Origin: an uncultured Nitrospiraceae bacterium
Lineage (GTDB): Bacteria > Nitrospirota > Nitrospiria > Nitrospirales > Nitrospiraceae
Direction: 5' to 3'
NCBI GenBank assembly: GCA_963706325.1
Contig: CAVPLT010000004.1
Location: 640,001 to 704,000, forward strand
Length of the DNA: 64,000 bases
Position 1 is the stretch's first letter. Every line of letters starts with the position of its first letter. The translations under genes and the position numbers were made by a program. The notes under the pieces are model-generated. The model was not told where the DNA came from. It worked only from the letters and a program-made list of their open reading frames with translations, and did no database searches. Of this stretch, positions 1-10,321 are shown one piece after another.

Positions 1-94
1 GGCTAGGCCGAATCTGTTAAAATGCGGGGCATTTCATCCGGCAATTTGAGCGGTCAGTGGAGTGAGTCTCGGGCATTCCTTGGAAAGGAGCGCT

Positions 95-442
95 ATGGAG
101 CGGCGTGCGGCGTCTCATACGGAAGAAGAAGAAATGAATCAGCGGCGGCGGCTATTGGGCTTGGCCCGTAAGGGTGATCCAAAAGCTATCAGCAAGCTGT
201 TCGAATTGTATCAAGTGCGTGTCTTGAACGGTGACATGCTGAGTAAACTCAACAAGTCTTATTACAAAGCGGCAGCCGCGCAGGAACAGAAAGAGGCTCA
301 CGGGAGTACCAAGGCGACGAAGCCACAAAAATCTTCGCATGGCAGTCCGAAGGGCAACCAAAAACCTGCGACGGCCTCAGCCGCACCGGCTGGAAAGCCG
401 AAAAGCACCAAGCCGGCGCCTCCGAAAAAGCGAGGGAAATAA
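95..442 (+). CDS. hypothetical protein with Lys/Pro/Ala-rich basic tail
   Basis: ORF with AAGGAG RBS before ATG 95; low-complexity basic C-terminus. Confidence 0.7.
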   Translation: MERRAASHTEEEEMNQRRRLLGLARKGDPKAISKLFELYQVRVLNGDMLSKLNKSYYKAAAAQEQKEAHGSTKATKPQKSSHGSPKGNQKPATASAAPAGKPKSTKPAPPKKRGK

Positions 443-498
443 GCGTGGTCTGCGTCGATATGATCGGCGCAGACCTCGTGCCCACGCTCTTCTCAATC

Positions 499-792
499 TC
501 ATTGGACACCGACGCGTAACCCTCCCCCTGCCAGTTTCTTTCCTATCTCTTCTGCGAGTTTTCGTGCACCGGTGTAGACGGTGGCTTGGCCTTCATGATC
601 GATGCGCCATGCCAGTTCAAAGGCCCGTGATGAATTCATGCCCGGGATGCTCTTGCACAACAGCGCGATGACCTGCTGATACGTATGGCAGTCGCAGTTG
701 AATACGATCACCCGGGCTTCCAGGTCATCGCCGGTGCCCACGTCGGTGGTGTCGAGGGCTTCAGGGGTGAAGACTGGACTCAGAGTGCTCAT
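499..792 (-). CDS. clpS: ATP-dependent Clp protease adaptor ClpS-like protein
   Basis: VIVFNCDCHTYQQV...AFELAWRIDHEGQATV matches the ClpS pattern (V.l.NDD.hT...A..l...vH..G.a.V). Confidence 0.8.
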   Translation of the reverse strand: MSTLSPVFTPEALDTTDVGTGDDLEARVIVFNCDCHTYQQVIALLCKSIPGMNSSRAFELAWRIDHEGQATVYTGARKLAEEIGKKLAGGGLRVGVQ

Positions 793-1505
793 GCGGCCGT
801 CTCGTCGGGTGAAGGCTGTCTCGAGTGCACGGTTGGCATGCCGACGTATTCGTTGGCAAGGTCGAGGCCTTCGCGCGCCAGGGTGTGGCTTAGAAGAGAA
901 AAGTGGCTGAGAGAGTCCGTCACCGGCAGGAGATCGTGTTGCCTGGCAAGACGGAGGGTATAGACTTGCGCGGCGGCGGTTTTCAGCAGTGCGAGGCCAT
1001 ATTCGAACTCATAGGCCTCTTCCAGCGTCAGGGTTGGTCTGGCGAGACCTTGCACCCGGGCGACGGCGCAGGGACGTTCAGCGCGGTTCGCTTCTAGGAG
1101 ACGCAGTAATGCCGCCGGACCCGGCACGAGTGCCTGGCCTATGCGCATTGCATGGGTGAGATCGAACAGACCGCGTTGAAACCGCCGATCGTGTTGGATG
1201 GCGTTATGGAACTGAGCGCGCCATCCGATATCCTCGAGATCGCGGTTGATGGCTGCCGTCGCAGCTTGGTCGAGCGGACCACTGACATTATAGCCTTGCA
1301 CCAGCCGCCCGGTTGTCAGCAGGGTTGGGTGATCGTCTCCCATACGGTCCTGATACGCCATGGTGCCCATCAAGGGCGTAAGGCGAAACGCCATGTAATC
1401 ACGAAAATGTATTGAATGGTAGCGGTCCAGCAACGCCTCCAGGGTTCGTGAAGCACAGAGATGAAACGGATAAAATAAGGCGTTGCGTGAGGGTGTGGGG
1501 TTCAT
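789..1505 (-). CDS. hypothetical protein
   Basis: 238-aa ORF with ATGA overlap to clpS. Confidence 0.75.
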   Translation of the reverse strand: MNPTPSRNALFYPFHLCASRTLEALLDRYHSIHFRDYMAFRLTPLMGTMAYQDRMGDDHPTLLTTGRLVQGYNVSGPLDQAATAAINRDLEDIGWRAQFHNAIQHDRRFQRGLFDLTHAMRIGQALVPGPAALLRLLEANRAERPCAVARVQGLARPTLTLEEAYEFEYGLALLKTAAAQVYTLRLARQHDLLPVTDSLSHFSLLSHTLAREGLDLANEYVGMPTVHSRQPSPDETAA

Positions 1506-1552
1506 GCAGTGTACAATTACCAGGCGAGAGGCGAGTCGCTGTGGGGCACTAT

Positions 1553-1753
1553 CTACCAGGTGTCCATATCGATGACTTCCGTCGCATCCCAGAGGTTCTT
1601 CAGCTCGGCGTCGGCAATGGCTTTCTCGCGATCCGCGTCGGTGTCTTCTCCAAACCGTTTCGGTTTAGCAGCTTCTTCCGCACCCTCCGACGCATCGGGC
1701 TGTTCGATCGATTGACGTCGGCGACGTTTGTTGGGATCCATATTGACTGGCAT
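1553..1753 (-). CDS. small hypothetical protein
   Basis: AGGAGG RBS before MPVNMDPNKRRRR; co-oriented in the hemW-clpS run. Confidence 0.6.
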   Translation of the reverse strand: MPVNMDPNKRRRRQSIEQPDASEGAEEAAKPKRFGEDTDADREKAIADAELKNLWDATEVIDMDTW

Positions 1754-1827
1754 GGGTGTTCCTCCTGTCAGGCAACAAGTCTCCCCTCTGCCGGGGCCGG
1801 AAGTCAATGGGAAGGGGCTTGCGGGAA

Positions 1828-2979
1828 TCAGTTTTCGAGACTAGCGAGGAGGGCAACTGCAACACTGTCCGCATAGCGTCGGCCGCGCGCGGTCAGCCGT
1901 ACCCGTTGGCCCCTGCGCTCCAGGATTTCGTCGATAATCAACTCGTCCACCTTGTGAACAAGCCCTGAAAAAGCTAGAGCTCCCGTGTCCTCCAGTGAGA
2001 CGCCGTCGGTCAGGCGGAGGCCAAACACCAGCCGTTCGCAGCTGTCCTCCGCCGGCGTGAGCAGTTCGTATTCCGACAACGGCAGCGCGCCGCTCAGCAG
2101 GGCCTGATTGTAAGCGGCCAGATTGCTCACGTTCCCAAAGCGCCTCTCATCGACATAGGATTGGGCGCTTGGGCCCAGTCCCAAATATCGGCCACCGGTC
2201 CAGTGGAGGCTGTTATGCCGGCTCGCATACCCGGGGCGGCAGTAGTTCGAAATCTCATATCTGATATAGCCTGCCCGCTCCAGCATCTCCTCGGCCAGGT
2301 CCTCCATCTCGTTCTGGAGCGTTTCGTCAGGGGCTGAGACGGCGCCCCGTTGAATGGCCGCGCGGAGTATGGTGCCCTCTTCAATCGTCAAGGCATAGCA
2401 GGAGAGGTGTGTTGGGTCGAGGGCGATTGTTCGTTGGAGCGAGGCCGCCCAACTCTCGATCGTTTGTCCGGGCAGTCCATACATCAGATCGAGATTGAGA
2501 TTGATAAAACCAGCCTCACGCGCCGCGGCGCACACTCCGACGGTCTTTAGGACGGATCCCGCACGGCCGACCTGATGCAGTTCCTCCTGATCCATGGATT
2601 CTGCTCCAAAGCTGATCCGGGTAAAACCGGCTTCTCTCAGAAGCGACAGCTCCTCGAACGTGGCCGATTCCGGATGCGCTTCAATCGTAATCTCCACCTC
2701 GTGGGTGATCCCGAACGTCTCCTTAGCCGCAGACAACACCGCGCTCAATTGCTGGGGCGTGAGTGTAGTGGGCGTTCCGCCACCGAAGTAGATTGAATCC
2801 AACGGCTTCTCCCCAAAGGCACTTTGTTGACCATAGAGATGTATTTCGGTCACAAGCGACGATACAAATGTGTCGGCGGCGCGCGCATGATGAATTTCAA
2901 GGTAGAAAGCGCAGAAGTGACAGCGCTGATGACAGAAGGGAATATGCAAGTAGAGGCCGTGACGGGATGCCTGTCTCAT
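1828..2979 (-). CDS. hemW: radical SAM heme chaperone HemW (HemN-like)
   Basis: LYLHIPFC, CxxxCxxC (CHQRCHFC), YFGGGTP, DLMYGLPGQT, YEISNY, YLGLGPSA. Confidence 0.9.
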   Translation of the reverse strand: MRQASRHGLYLHIPFCHQRCHFCAFYLEIHHARAADTFVSSLVTEIHLYGQQSAFGEKPLDSIYFGGGTPTTLTPQQLSAVLSAAKETFGITHEVEITIEAHPESATFEELSLLREAGFTRISFGAESMDQEELHQVGRAGSVLKTVGVCAAAREAGFINLNLDLMYGLPGQTIESWAASLQRTIALDPTHLSCYALTIEEGTILRAAIQRGAVSAPDETLQNEMEDLAEEMLERAGYIRYEISNYCRPGYASRHNSLHWTGGRYLGLGPSAQSYVDERRFGNVSNLAAYNQALLSGALPLSEYELLTPAEDSCERLVFGLRLTDGVSLEDTGALAFSGLVHKVDELIIDEILERRGQRVRLTARGRRYADSVAVALLASLEN

Positions 2980-2985
2980 CTATGC

Positions 2986-3249
2986 TCAGCCTTGTTGTGA
3001 CGGGCCAGAAAACTCTCGGACCATCGCGACTTCAATTTCGTCCGCGGCAGATATGCCACGGTTTCTGACGTGAGCCTTCCAAGCTGGATATTCGCGCAGA
3101 GTCTCGAACAGATGTTTGATCATCGCCGGTTTGATCTGCAGTTCCCACTCGCGGAGCCACGCGTTCTCGTCGTGAGGCCCCTCATAGTCGTCGGGGAACT
3201 GAGCTTCGAGACTGATACGAAACAGGAAGGATTTATCTTCTGTCCGCAT
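2986..3249 (-). CDS. hypothetical protein
   Basis: GGAG RBS before MRTEDKSFLF; immediately upstream of hemW. Confidence 0.65.
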   Translation of the reverse strand: MRTEDKSFLFRISLEAQFPDDYEGPHDENAWLREWELQIKPAMIKHLFETLREYPAWKAHVRNRGISAADEIEVAMVREFSGPSQQG

Positions 3250-3330
3250 GTATGGACTCCCATCGGCCGATGATTGCGAAGTGGAACCGACCTTACTTAT
3301 AATAATCCAAATTTCACGGAGTACAGCCCA

Positions 3331-3558
3331 ATGCCCATCTTCGAGTACGTGTGTCAGGAATGCAACCATCGTTTTGAGCTCATCGTCCAGGGCAAGACAG
3401 TGCCGGCCTGTCCGGCCTGCCAGACGACGGCAGTGAACAAACAATTTTCCGCCTTTGGGGTGGGAGCGACCGGCGGCTGGCCTGTGACATCGGGAGCGGG
3501 CGGCGCCTGCGGATCCTGTGGAGATCCAGGCGGTCCCGGCTCCTGTTCTACGAATTGA
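3331..3558 (+). CDS. FmdB-family zinc ribbon protein
   Basis: MPIFEYVCQECNHRFE...CPAC motif. Confidence 0.85.
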   Translation: MPIFEYVCQECNHRFELIVQGKTVPACPACQTTAVNKQFSAFGVGATGGWPVTSGAGGACGSCGDPGGPGSCSTN

Positions 3559-3574
3559 GCTCTTCTGTAGACTC

Positions 3575-3898
3575 ATGATGGAAGAACTTGAAGACCAGGC
3601 TCGCCGTGCAATCGGGACGCTCATGCAGTCAGATCCACTCATCAAGCTGCTGCAAGAAGTCAGGATAGGGCGAATGAAGGCGAGTGATCTCGGCTTGCGG
3701 GCGGTTACCGAGTCCTGGATTGGGGTCTATACGCAGGTCTTGAAGTCCCAGCCGTTTCATCCTTCGGTGTTGGCTCGGCTGAATCCTGTGCCTCGGCTTG
3801 AAGTACTCGTTGAGACAGGCGTGTTGTCATGGGATCATGCCGGCACCAGGGACCTACGCGAGTTGTTTCGACAGTTGGTCGTCCCGCTTGCGCCTTAA
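3575..3898 (+). CDS. hypothetical protein
   Basis: ORF in operon-like run after the zinc-ribbon gene. Confidence 0.65.
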   Translation: MMEELEDQARRAIGTLMQSDPLIKLLQEVRIGRMKASDLGLRAVTESWIGVYTQVLKSQPFHPSVLARLNPVPRLEVLVETGVLSWDHAGTRDLRELFRQLVVPLAP

Positions 3899-3902
3899 CA
3901 GG

Positions 3903-4577
3903 ATGCGGTTCTGGATCGGCTCGCTCTGCTTATTGCTGGTCTGGTGCAGGCCTACGATAAGCTTGGCAGAAACCCCGTCCGGCGTCCGGCCCTTGCACAA
4001 GGGACTGGAAGCCGCACTGACAAGTCTTCCCTCGCATACCAATCTGCTTCTCGATCAGGCAGCGATCGAACAATTTCTAGTGGAGTTGGATGACGAGCCG
4101 CCAGATTGGCCCAGGGTCCATGGACAGGGGCATCATGATCCCGACCATGATGGGCGTCTGTTTGCCTTGAACCGCGAACGTGATGCCAGACGCGAGGGTA
4201 GAGCCCCCTTGCAGTGGCTGATCACATTTGTCTGGGTCGGGGAGCTGTCCCAATTCGACGATCAGCGCGAGGGTTTTCCCATCGCCTTGGGGCCGAAATT
4301 CAACCGGACTTCCTGGGGTGATGTGCGCTTCAAGCACGAAGACGTCCCTGCGCCGCTTCTGGCGCTCGCGGCCGAGGAAACGCCTCGTCTCCGAAATCGG
4401 CTGCGCCAGGGGGAGCGAGTGGAGGTCGACGTCCTCATGACAGGCCGTCTCATTCAAGAGGAGTCCCTGGTGTATGACTTTTCGCACGAAGAAGAGGGCC
4501 GGGGTCTCATTATGCCGGTAGTGCGAGTTGAATTCGTGGAATTTGCCTTAAAGGGTGGGCCGGACAGGCGAGAGTAG
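3903..4577 (+). CDS. hypothetical exported protein
   Basis: signal-peptide-like MRFWIGSLCLLLVW...ISLA. Confidence 0.65.
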   Translation: MRFWIGSLCLLLVWCRPTISLAETPSGVRPLHKGLEAALTSLPSHTNLLLDQAAIEQFLVELDDEPPDWPRVHGQGHHDPDHDGRLFALNRERDARREGRAPLQWLITFVWVGELSQFDDQREGFPIALGPKFNRTSWGDVRFKHEDVPAPLLALAAEETPRLRNRLRQGERVEVDVLMTGRLIQEESLVYDFSHEEEGRGLIMPVVRVEFVEFALKGGPDRRE

Positions 4578-4607
4578 TCGTCACCTCGCCAACACAATGC
4601 AAGATTG

Positions 4608-5252
4608 TTACGGAGCCTGCTTCAGATGGGGATAGGCTTGATGCATGCAGGAATCGCAGACGGCTTCGGTCACTTTTGATCGAGCCTGGCGGCGCAGGTA
4701 GTCTTCGATGCGTTGCCAATAGGGCCCGTCGGCTTTCACGCGTTTACATTTGGCGCAAATGTGGATCGTACCATGGAGCGCGGTGATCTGAGCGAATGCG
4801 TGGTCAAGTTCCTTGGTGCGTTCGGTCAATTCCTGTTCACGAATCTTCCTGGCATCGACTTCCTGTTTCAGGCTGAGCGCGTTGGCAGCGCGCGCAATCA
4901 ACTCCGCCGGAATGACGGGTTTGCGAATGTAGTCTGTCGCGCCTGCGGTGTAGGCCGCTTGAATGTCTTCCGCCCCGGTATGCGCCGTGATGACAATGAT
5001 CGGCAGGCCTTGTAGCTGCTCTTCCGTACGAATCTGTCGGCAGGCCTCCAATCCATCGAGCTCGGGCATTTCCAGATCCATCAATACCAGATCGATGCCG
5101 CTCGTCAGCTTGCCTCGTTTGCCTATGCCCAATATCTTGAGCCCTTCTCGAGCTGTCCCGACCGGCAGGAGGGGACCGAATCCGGCGCTATGAAGAATCG
5201 TCTGGAGCAGGTCTCGTGCTTCCTGAAAATCGTCGATGATGAGAATACTCAT
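4608..5252 (-). CDS. response regulator (REC + coiled coil + small Cys-containing C-terminal domain)
   Basis: ILIIDD, VLMDLEMPELDG, DYIRKP; C-terminal ICAKCK...CDSC. Confidence 0.9.
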   Translation of the reverse strand: MSILIIDDFQEARDLLQTILHSAGFGPLLPVGTAREGLKILGIGKRGKLTSGIDLVLMDLEMPELDGLEACRQIRTEEQLQGLPIIVITAHTGAEDIQAAYTAGATDYIRKPVIPAELIARAANALSLKQEVDARKIREQELTERTKELDHAFAQITALHGTIHICAKCKRVKADGPYWQRIEDYLRRQARSKVTEAVCDSCMHQAYPHLKQAP

Positions 5253-5294
5253 GTCCGCCGCGCTCCTTCTTCGCGTTTCGATATCATCAAAGAT

Positions 5295-7538
5295 CTAGGC
5301 CGCTTGGTCCAATTGATGGAGGATGGCGGCTAGTTGGGCGATCTCGCCCTGAATGGCGATGAGATCGCGCGAACGCGCCGACTCCTCCAGCCGCTGTCCG
5401 ACTGCCCCGATGTCGGGGAACCCGTAGGATCCCGCCACGCCCTTTATGCGATGCCCCATCGTCCGGATCGCCTCATAGTCCTGTTCCGCGAGGGCCTCTT
5501 GCATCGCGCCAAGATCCTTGCGGCGATGCTGTAGGAACTGAGGACGACGTTGCAGGATTTCCTGGGCGATGCGATCTGCAACGTCGAGTGCCTTTTCGAA
5601 CCTCGGGGGCTCCGAATCGGTTTGCGGCATCGGGCGGTGATAGGTGGCCAAGGCGTCGAGCAACTGCGGCCTGCTGATCGGCTTAGTCAAGAACCCGGTG
5701 CAGCCCGCGGCCAGACACTGTTCCTCCGCCTCACGAAAGGCATTGGCGGTGAGCGCCACGATAGGAGTTGGCGGACGTTGGTGCGCAGATTCCCAAGCCC
5801 GAATCAATCGCGTGGCTGTGAAGCCGTCCATCCCGGGCATTTGCAAGTCAATAAGGACGATATCGAATCGATTGCCCCGAAAAGCCGCGATGGCCTGTTC
5901 GCCGTCCGACACGATCGTGACCCGATAGGGGGTGCCCTGAAAATAAAACCGCATCAATTCTTGTGATTCCGGAGAGTCTTCGGCCAACAACACATGCAGT
6001 TTCACTGCTGCCGGAAAGGAGGATGCCACAGGCACCGCGGCCTGCGACGAACGAGTCGCACCGATCCGTTCATGGAGACGTTCGGACAGAGCGGCAATCG
6101 TGAGGGGAAGGTCCACGATAAACGTGCTGCCGATTTCGGCCACGCTCTCGGCCCAGATACGTCCGCCCATGAGCCCTACCAGGCGCTTGCAGATAGCCAG
6201 ACCGAGACCGACCCCTCCATGCTGACGGCTGGACGCGCTGTTGACTTGGGTGAAACGGTCAAAGATTCGGTCGAGCTGATCGGCAGGGATGCCGATGCCG
6301 CTGTCAATGACCGAGAACCGAATGCGAGAGGGTTCCGACCCGGCATACGTCACGGCGGCCCGCACCGTAACATGCCCCTGCTCCGTAAACTTGAGCGCAT
6401 TGCTAATAAGATTCAGCAGAACTTGATGCAGCCGAAAGGCATCGCCTTCGAGACATGGCGGCACATCCGGGTCGAGATGAAACGTGAGGGTGAGACCTTT
6501 CTCTTCTGCGCGGTGGCATAAGAGTTGAGTGGTGCGGTCGATGAGCTGGCGTACGTCATAGGGAGCCTGCTCAAGTTGCGTCTGCCCGGCCTCGATGCGT
6601 GAAAAGTCGAGCAGATCCGTGACGAGTCCCAGCAGCGTGTGGCTGGCTTTGGCGCACATCTCTGCATATCGACGTTGCGGGGGGGTGAGGGCGGTGGTGA
6701 GCAGCAGATCGGTCGTGCCGCAAATGGCGTTCAAGGGTGTCCTGATTTCGTGACTGATGTTGGCGAGGAAATCGCTCTTGGCCTGGCTGGCTCCTTCGGC
6801 GGATTCCTGCGCTCGGCGGAGCGTCGATTCCAGCTGTTTGCGTTCGGTAATATCCCTGGCGAAGGCGCAGAAGCTGATGGATCGTTTCATGCGGAGCGGC
6901 ATGACGGTCAATTCGATGGGAAACTCACGACCGTTCTTGTGAACGGCGATGACTTCAATTCGGCGGTTCAGGATCGGCCCTTCCCCCTTCGTCACAAAAC
7001 GTTCCACGCCCTTGAGATGGGCTTCACGAAATGACGGGGGAATGATGAGGTCGGGGAGCTGAGCTCCTAACGCCTCATCCGGCCTGTACCCAAATGTCTG
7101 CTCGGCCTGAGGGTTCCAGGTCGTGATAATGCTTTGCGCATCGATGGTGATGACTGCATCCAAGGCACCGTGAAGCATGGTTCGTACCCGTTGTTCGTCC
7201 TCATCGCGGAGCCGTCCCAATTGCCGGTGTTGATAGAGAAGATAGGCGGTAATCCATAAGCCGACGATACCGAAGGTGCGATTGAAGAGGTCGGTGCTCA
7301 CATCGTAGCTCGGAAGATGGGCCCAGACCTTAGCCGCGATCAGCAGAGTCCATCCCCCGACGGCGCCCAGGAACACCAGCCGTGAATAGAGCGCCGAGAC
7401 AGGCACAGCGAGCAAAAAATAGGGCAGCCAGGTGGCGAAACCGAACTCAAATTGAAGGTCTGCAAAGAAGGTGAGTCCCGTCAGAATGACGAGGATGAGT
7501 GAGGTGGTGGAACGGCCGAGCTGCTGTTCTTTCAACAT
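5295..7538 (-). CDS. membrane hybrid sensor histidine kinase (TM-PAS-HisKA-HATPase-REC-HPt)
   Basis: SHEIRTPLN, NLISNALKFT, DSGIG, GVGLGL, REC DLQMP, HPt HRIKGVAG. Confidence 0.95.
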   Translation of the reverse strand: MLKEQQLGRSTTSLILVILTGLTFFADLQFEFGFATWLPYFLLAVPVSALYSRLVFLGAVGGWTLLIAAKVWAHLPSYDVSTDLFNRTFGIVGLWITAYLLYQHRQLGRLRDEDEQRVRTMLHGALDAVITIDAQSIITTWNPQAEQTFGYRPDEALGAQLPDLIIPPSFREAHLKGVERFVTKGEGPILNRRIEVIAVHKNGREFPIELTVMPLRMKRSISFCAFARDITERKQLESTLRRAQESAEGASQAKSDFLANISHEIRTPLNAICGTTDLLLTTALTPPQRRYAEMCAKASHTLLGLVTDLLDFSRIEAGQTQLEQAPYDVRQLIDRTTQLLCHRAEEKGLTLTFHLDPDVPPCLEGDAFRLHQVLLNLISNALKFTEQGHVTVRAAVTYAGSEPSRIRFSVIDSGIGIPADQLDRIFDRFTQVNSASSRQHGGVGLGLAICKRLVGLMGGRIWAESVAEIGSTFIVDLPLTIAALSERLHERIGATRSSQAAVPVASSFPAAVKLHVLLAEDSPESQELMRFYFQGTPYRVTIVSDGEQAIAAFRGNRFDIVLIDLQMPGMDGFTATRLIRAWESAHQRPPTPIVALTANAFREAEEQCLAAGCTGFLTKPISRPQLLDALATYHRPMPQTDSEPPRFEKALDVADRIAQEILQRRPQFLQHRRKDLGAMQEALAEQDYEAIRTMGHRIKGVAGSYGFPDIGAVGQRLEESARSRDLIAIQGEIAQLAAILHQLDQAA

Positions 7539-7726
7539 GAGCCTGTACGGTGCGCGTAGTGGTACCCAAGCGATGGGTAGGGCTTACTTTGAGTATAGCG
7601 GCCAGTGTGCGGGGCACCTAGTATCTCGTGGATTTCTACCGGAGCAATGTCAGGCAAGTCACGATGGGCGCCTCGCGAGGAGAAGTATCATAAGCGAGTC
7701 TCGATGAGCTGCGCGAGTGGTTGCCA

Positions 7727-8629
7727 CTAGTAAGCATCGCGTGCGCATCGGAAGCCGGTCCCGGACGGACGGCTGTCCATCGTGCCCCAGTCGCGATCGG
7801 TCGCACGTAGGCTGATGGCAGGTTTGAGCCAAGAACCTCCGCGCATGGCCTTAATTGCACCACGTTCCGGGCCCTGAGGGTCGCTGACCGATGCGTTGCG
7901 GTAGTAGTTGGGATTATACCAATCCTGCACCCATTCAGCGGCGTTGCCGGCCATGTCCAACGCTCCATAAGGACTCGCGCCGGATAGAAAACTGCCGACC
8001 GGCAGGGTCAATATCTCACCGTTGACACCCTTCTCTTTCGAAATAGCCTCTCCTGCTCCTTTGATCCAGAATGCTTCCCATTCGGTACTGTTGGCAAACT
8101 CCACAGTTCGTTTGGCCCAGAAACTCGCGCTATTGGCTTTATCGAAGTCCCACCCGTTGCCCCAGGGGTAGGTGCGCGCATCGGGACCTCGCGCCGCCTT
8201 CTCCCATTCTGCTTCGGTCGGTAGTCGTTTGCCGGCCCAGCGGCAGAATGCAACGGCATCCAACCAACTCACATTGACCACGGGATGTTGTTCGATGCCG
8301 GGCAGCGGAAGGTTGTGTTCCCACAAGGTCGAAGCCGCGGAGGCATTGGCAGGCGCTTGGTAGCCGGTCGTCCGCACGTACTGTTCGTAGAGGGCGTTCG
8401 TCGTTTCATGTCGATCGATCCAGAACGCACTGAGATAGACCAAGCGGAGCGGTTGCTCATCCGGCAGGCCATCGCTGTCGGCCGAAGTGCCCATCGTAAA
8501 TTCGCCTGCCGGGATCAGGACCATGTCCTCAGGAGGGGGCGCGGCGTGAGCGGAGATCTGATAACCGATGACCAGCAGGAGACAGAGCTGAATAAGAAGC
8601 AGCAGACGCACCGATCTCATATCGGTCAC
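7727..8629 (-). CDS. formylglycine-generating enzyme (SUMF1/FGE-sulfatase) family exported protein
   Basis: IPAGEFTMG, HPVVNVSW, RLPTEAEWEKAARG, DMAGNAAEW, RGGSW, GFRCA. Confidence 0.9.
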   Translation of the reverse strand: MTDMRSVRLLLLIQLCLLLVIGYQISAHAAPPPEDMVLIPAGEFTMGTSADSDGLPDEQPLRLVYLSAFWIDRHETTNALYEQYVRTTGYQAPANASAASTLWEHNLPLPGIEQHPVVNVSWLDAVAFCRWAGKRLPTEAEWEKAARGPDARTYPWGNGWDFDKANSASFWAKRTVEFANSTEWEAFWIKGAGEAISKEKGVNGEILTLPVGSFLSGASPYGALDMAGNAAEWVQDWYNPNYYRNASVSDPQGPERGAIKAMRGGSWLKPAISLRATDRDWGTMDSRPSGTGFRCARDAY

Positions 8630-9378
8630 GGCCTTTTCAAGTTACAAGCTTTGGCGACGCTGTCACGGTATTTCATCCACAACGTGAGTCCCTGTGCGAC
8701 ACAAGTCAGGACGGCATTCTGTTGACTCCTGGTTTCGGCATGGTTGACCATCATCGTGTAGGCGTCTTGGCGGTGTCCGGCCTCTACCTTTTGGTGTGCG
8801 CGAATCAAATCCATGTGCCGCCGGTCGATGCCGTGGTGACGAATGAGCGGATGGGCGTCGAGATAGGCGTCGATCTCCGCCTCGGTTTTTGGTTTGGATG
8901 GTTCGAGGATCTCCTGACGATCTTTGATACTGCCTTCAACAAACACGGCCAACGCAGCTGCGCCTACGATCCAATCGCGGCCGGCCGTGACCTTCTCCAG
9001 CCACCTCCGGTACCTTGCACTCGCAGGAAGGAGTTTCACGGTGGAAAAGGTGTCACTGTCGAAGCCCAAGCCACGCATCATCTCATTGAACAATTCAGGA
9101 TGAGAGCGGCCGAAGGAAAGGCCGCCGGTATCTTCCTCGTAAATATTCTCGGCCAACATCCGTCGGACGTCCGAAGGCGGGTTCTGGCCGTGCACGCGGG
9201 CTAAGAACACGGGAAAGTCCCGTATGTAGACGAGAAATTCCTGTTGGTAGTGCAGTTTTAATTGGGCCTTCGTGATGCCGGGGCCCATGATGATCGGCCA
9301 AGCCCAGTGATGCTTGCGATCCATGACGGCCAACAGGCGCTCGAGAAACTGAGTTCGGGTGAATCTCTTCTGTGCCAT
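8626..9378 (-). CDS. heme-oxygenase-like diiron enzyme (PqqC/TenA/CADD-like)
   Basis: ENIYEEDTG...SHPELF and HQKVEAGH metal-ligand motifs. Confidence 0.75.
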   Translation of the reverse strand: MAQKRFTRTQFLERLLAVMDRKHHWAWPIIMGPGITKAQLKLHYQQEFLVYIRDFPVFLARVHGQNPPSDVRRMLAENIYEEDTGGLSFGRSHPELFNEMMRGLGFDSDTFSTVKLLPASARYRRWLEKVTAGRDWIVGAAALAVFVEGSIKDRQEILEPSKPKTEAEIDAYLDAHPLIRHHGIDRRHMDLIRAHQKVEAGHRQDAYTMMVNHAETRSQQNAVLTCVAQGLTLWMKYRDSVAKACNLKRP

Positions 9379-9424
9379 GTCTTGCCTTCCTTCTTTCTCA
9401 CTGGCTACAATCAGCCCGGATCAT

Positions 9425-9709
9425 ATGAAACCCATTACCATTCAGGACTCGGAGCAGATTCTCAACTTCCTTGCCGAAGTGGCGTTGCGTGGCAAGGGGT
9501 TTACGACCGACTGCCTGCTGGACTACGTGTTGGACGAAGGTTTTACGGAACCGATCCATCTCAATGCCTCGGGTGAGGATCCGGACGCGTTCTACAAGGA
9601 TCAGCCTCAGGCTTGGGCCATCTATCAGGTGCGCGAGTGGAAGCGGGTCCTGACCGTGTCCGGCGGACCTGGTAAGGACCGGCGCGTGCAGATCACTGAG
9701 ACCCCCTAG
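9425..9709 (+). CDS. hypothetical protein
   Basis: clean ORF divergent from the diiron-enzyme gene. Confidence 0.7.
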   Translation: MKPITIQDSEQILNFLAEVALRGKGFTTDCLLDYVLDEGFTEPIHLNASGEDPDAFYKDQPQAWAIYQVREWKRVLTVSGGPGKDRRVQITETP

Positions 9710-9974
9710 TCCCTCGAGTGTAGCCTTACGGCGCTGCCAGTAAGCGTAGGTTGTGATTTGATCGCTTCGCACTTACGACAGGTCTTTTGCATTCAACGCG
9801 GCGCATGTCTCAGGCAAACGCTTCCCCAGGCGTGGCGGTGTGCTTCTCTCGCTCAGTGTATTAACCATCCGACCTAATTGCAATGAATCGTGCGCTGTCC
9901 ACCGTCAGACAGTCCGGTTTTCGACAGGCTGGCCTATCAGGCACGATGACCCGTTCCGCGGGAGGGCGACAGTG

Positions 9975-10241
9975 ATGCCGCGAACGACCGGCCCGAGTTC
10001 TGCGAAGCTGGTGACCTTGTGCGAGCCAGCGGATGTCGGGGAGCTGGCTCTCATCAAGAGCCTGCTCGACGGCAACGGTATCTTATATATCGTGCATCAT
10101 GAGCACATCGGGGCTCTCTACCCGGGAGTGTCCTTGTTATGCAGCCGTGTAATGGTGGCGGAGGGAGATAAGCGGCGGGCCGAAATTCTTTTAAGCCGCC
10201 TCGCGCTTCAGATTCGTGATGCGACTGAGGAGACGGAATGA
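9975..10241 (+). CDS. DUF2007-like putative signal-transducing protein
   Basis: ELALIKSLLDGNGI...RVMVAEGDKRRAEILL pattern. Confidence 0.7.
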   Translation: MPRTTGPSSAKLVTLCEPADVGELALIKSLLDGNGILYIVHHEHIGALYPGVSLLCSRVMVAEGDKRRAEILLSRLALQIRDATEETE

Positions 10242-10321
10242 GCGCTAGGATGTCGCTACAGACTATTTGTCAGCCAGGTTGCTTAGGGCGGTAGGTCTGA
10301 TTGCGATATCTGAGGTCTTTG

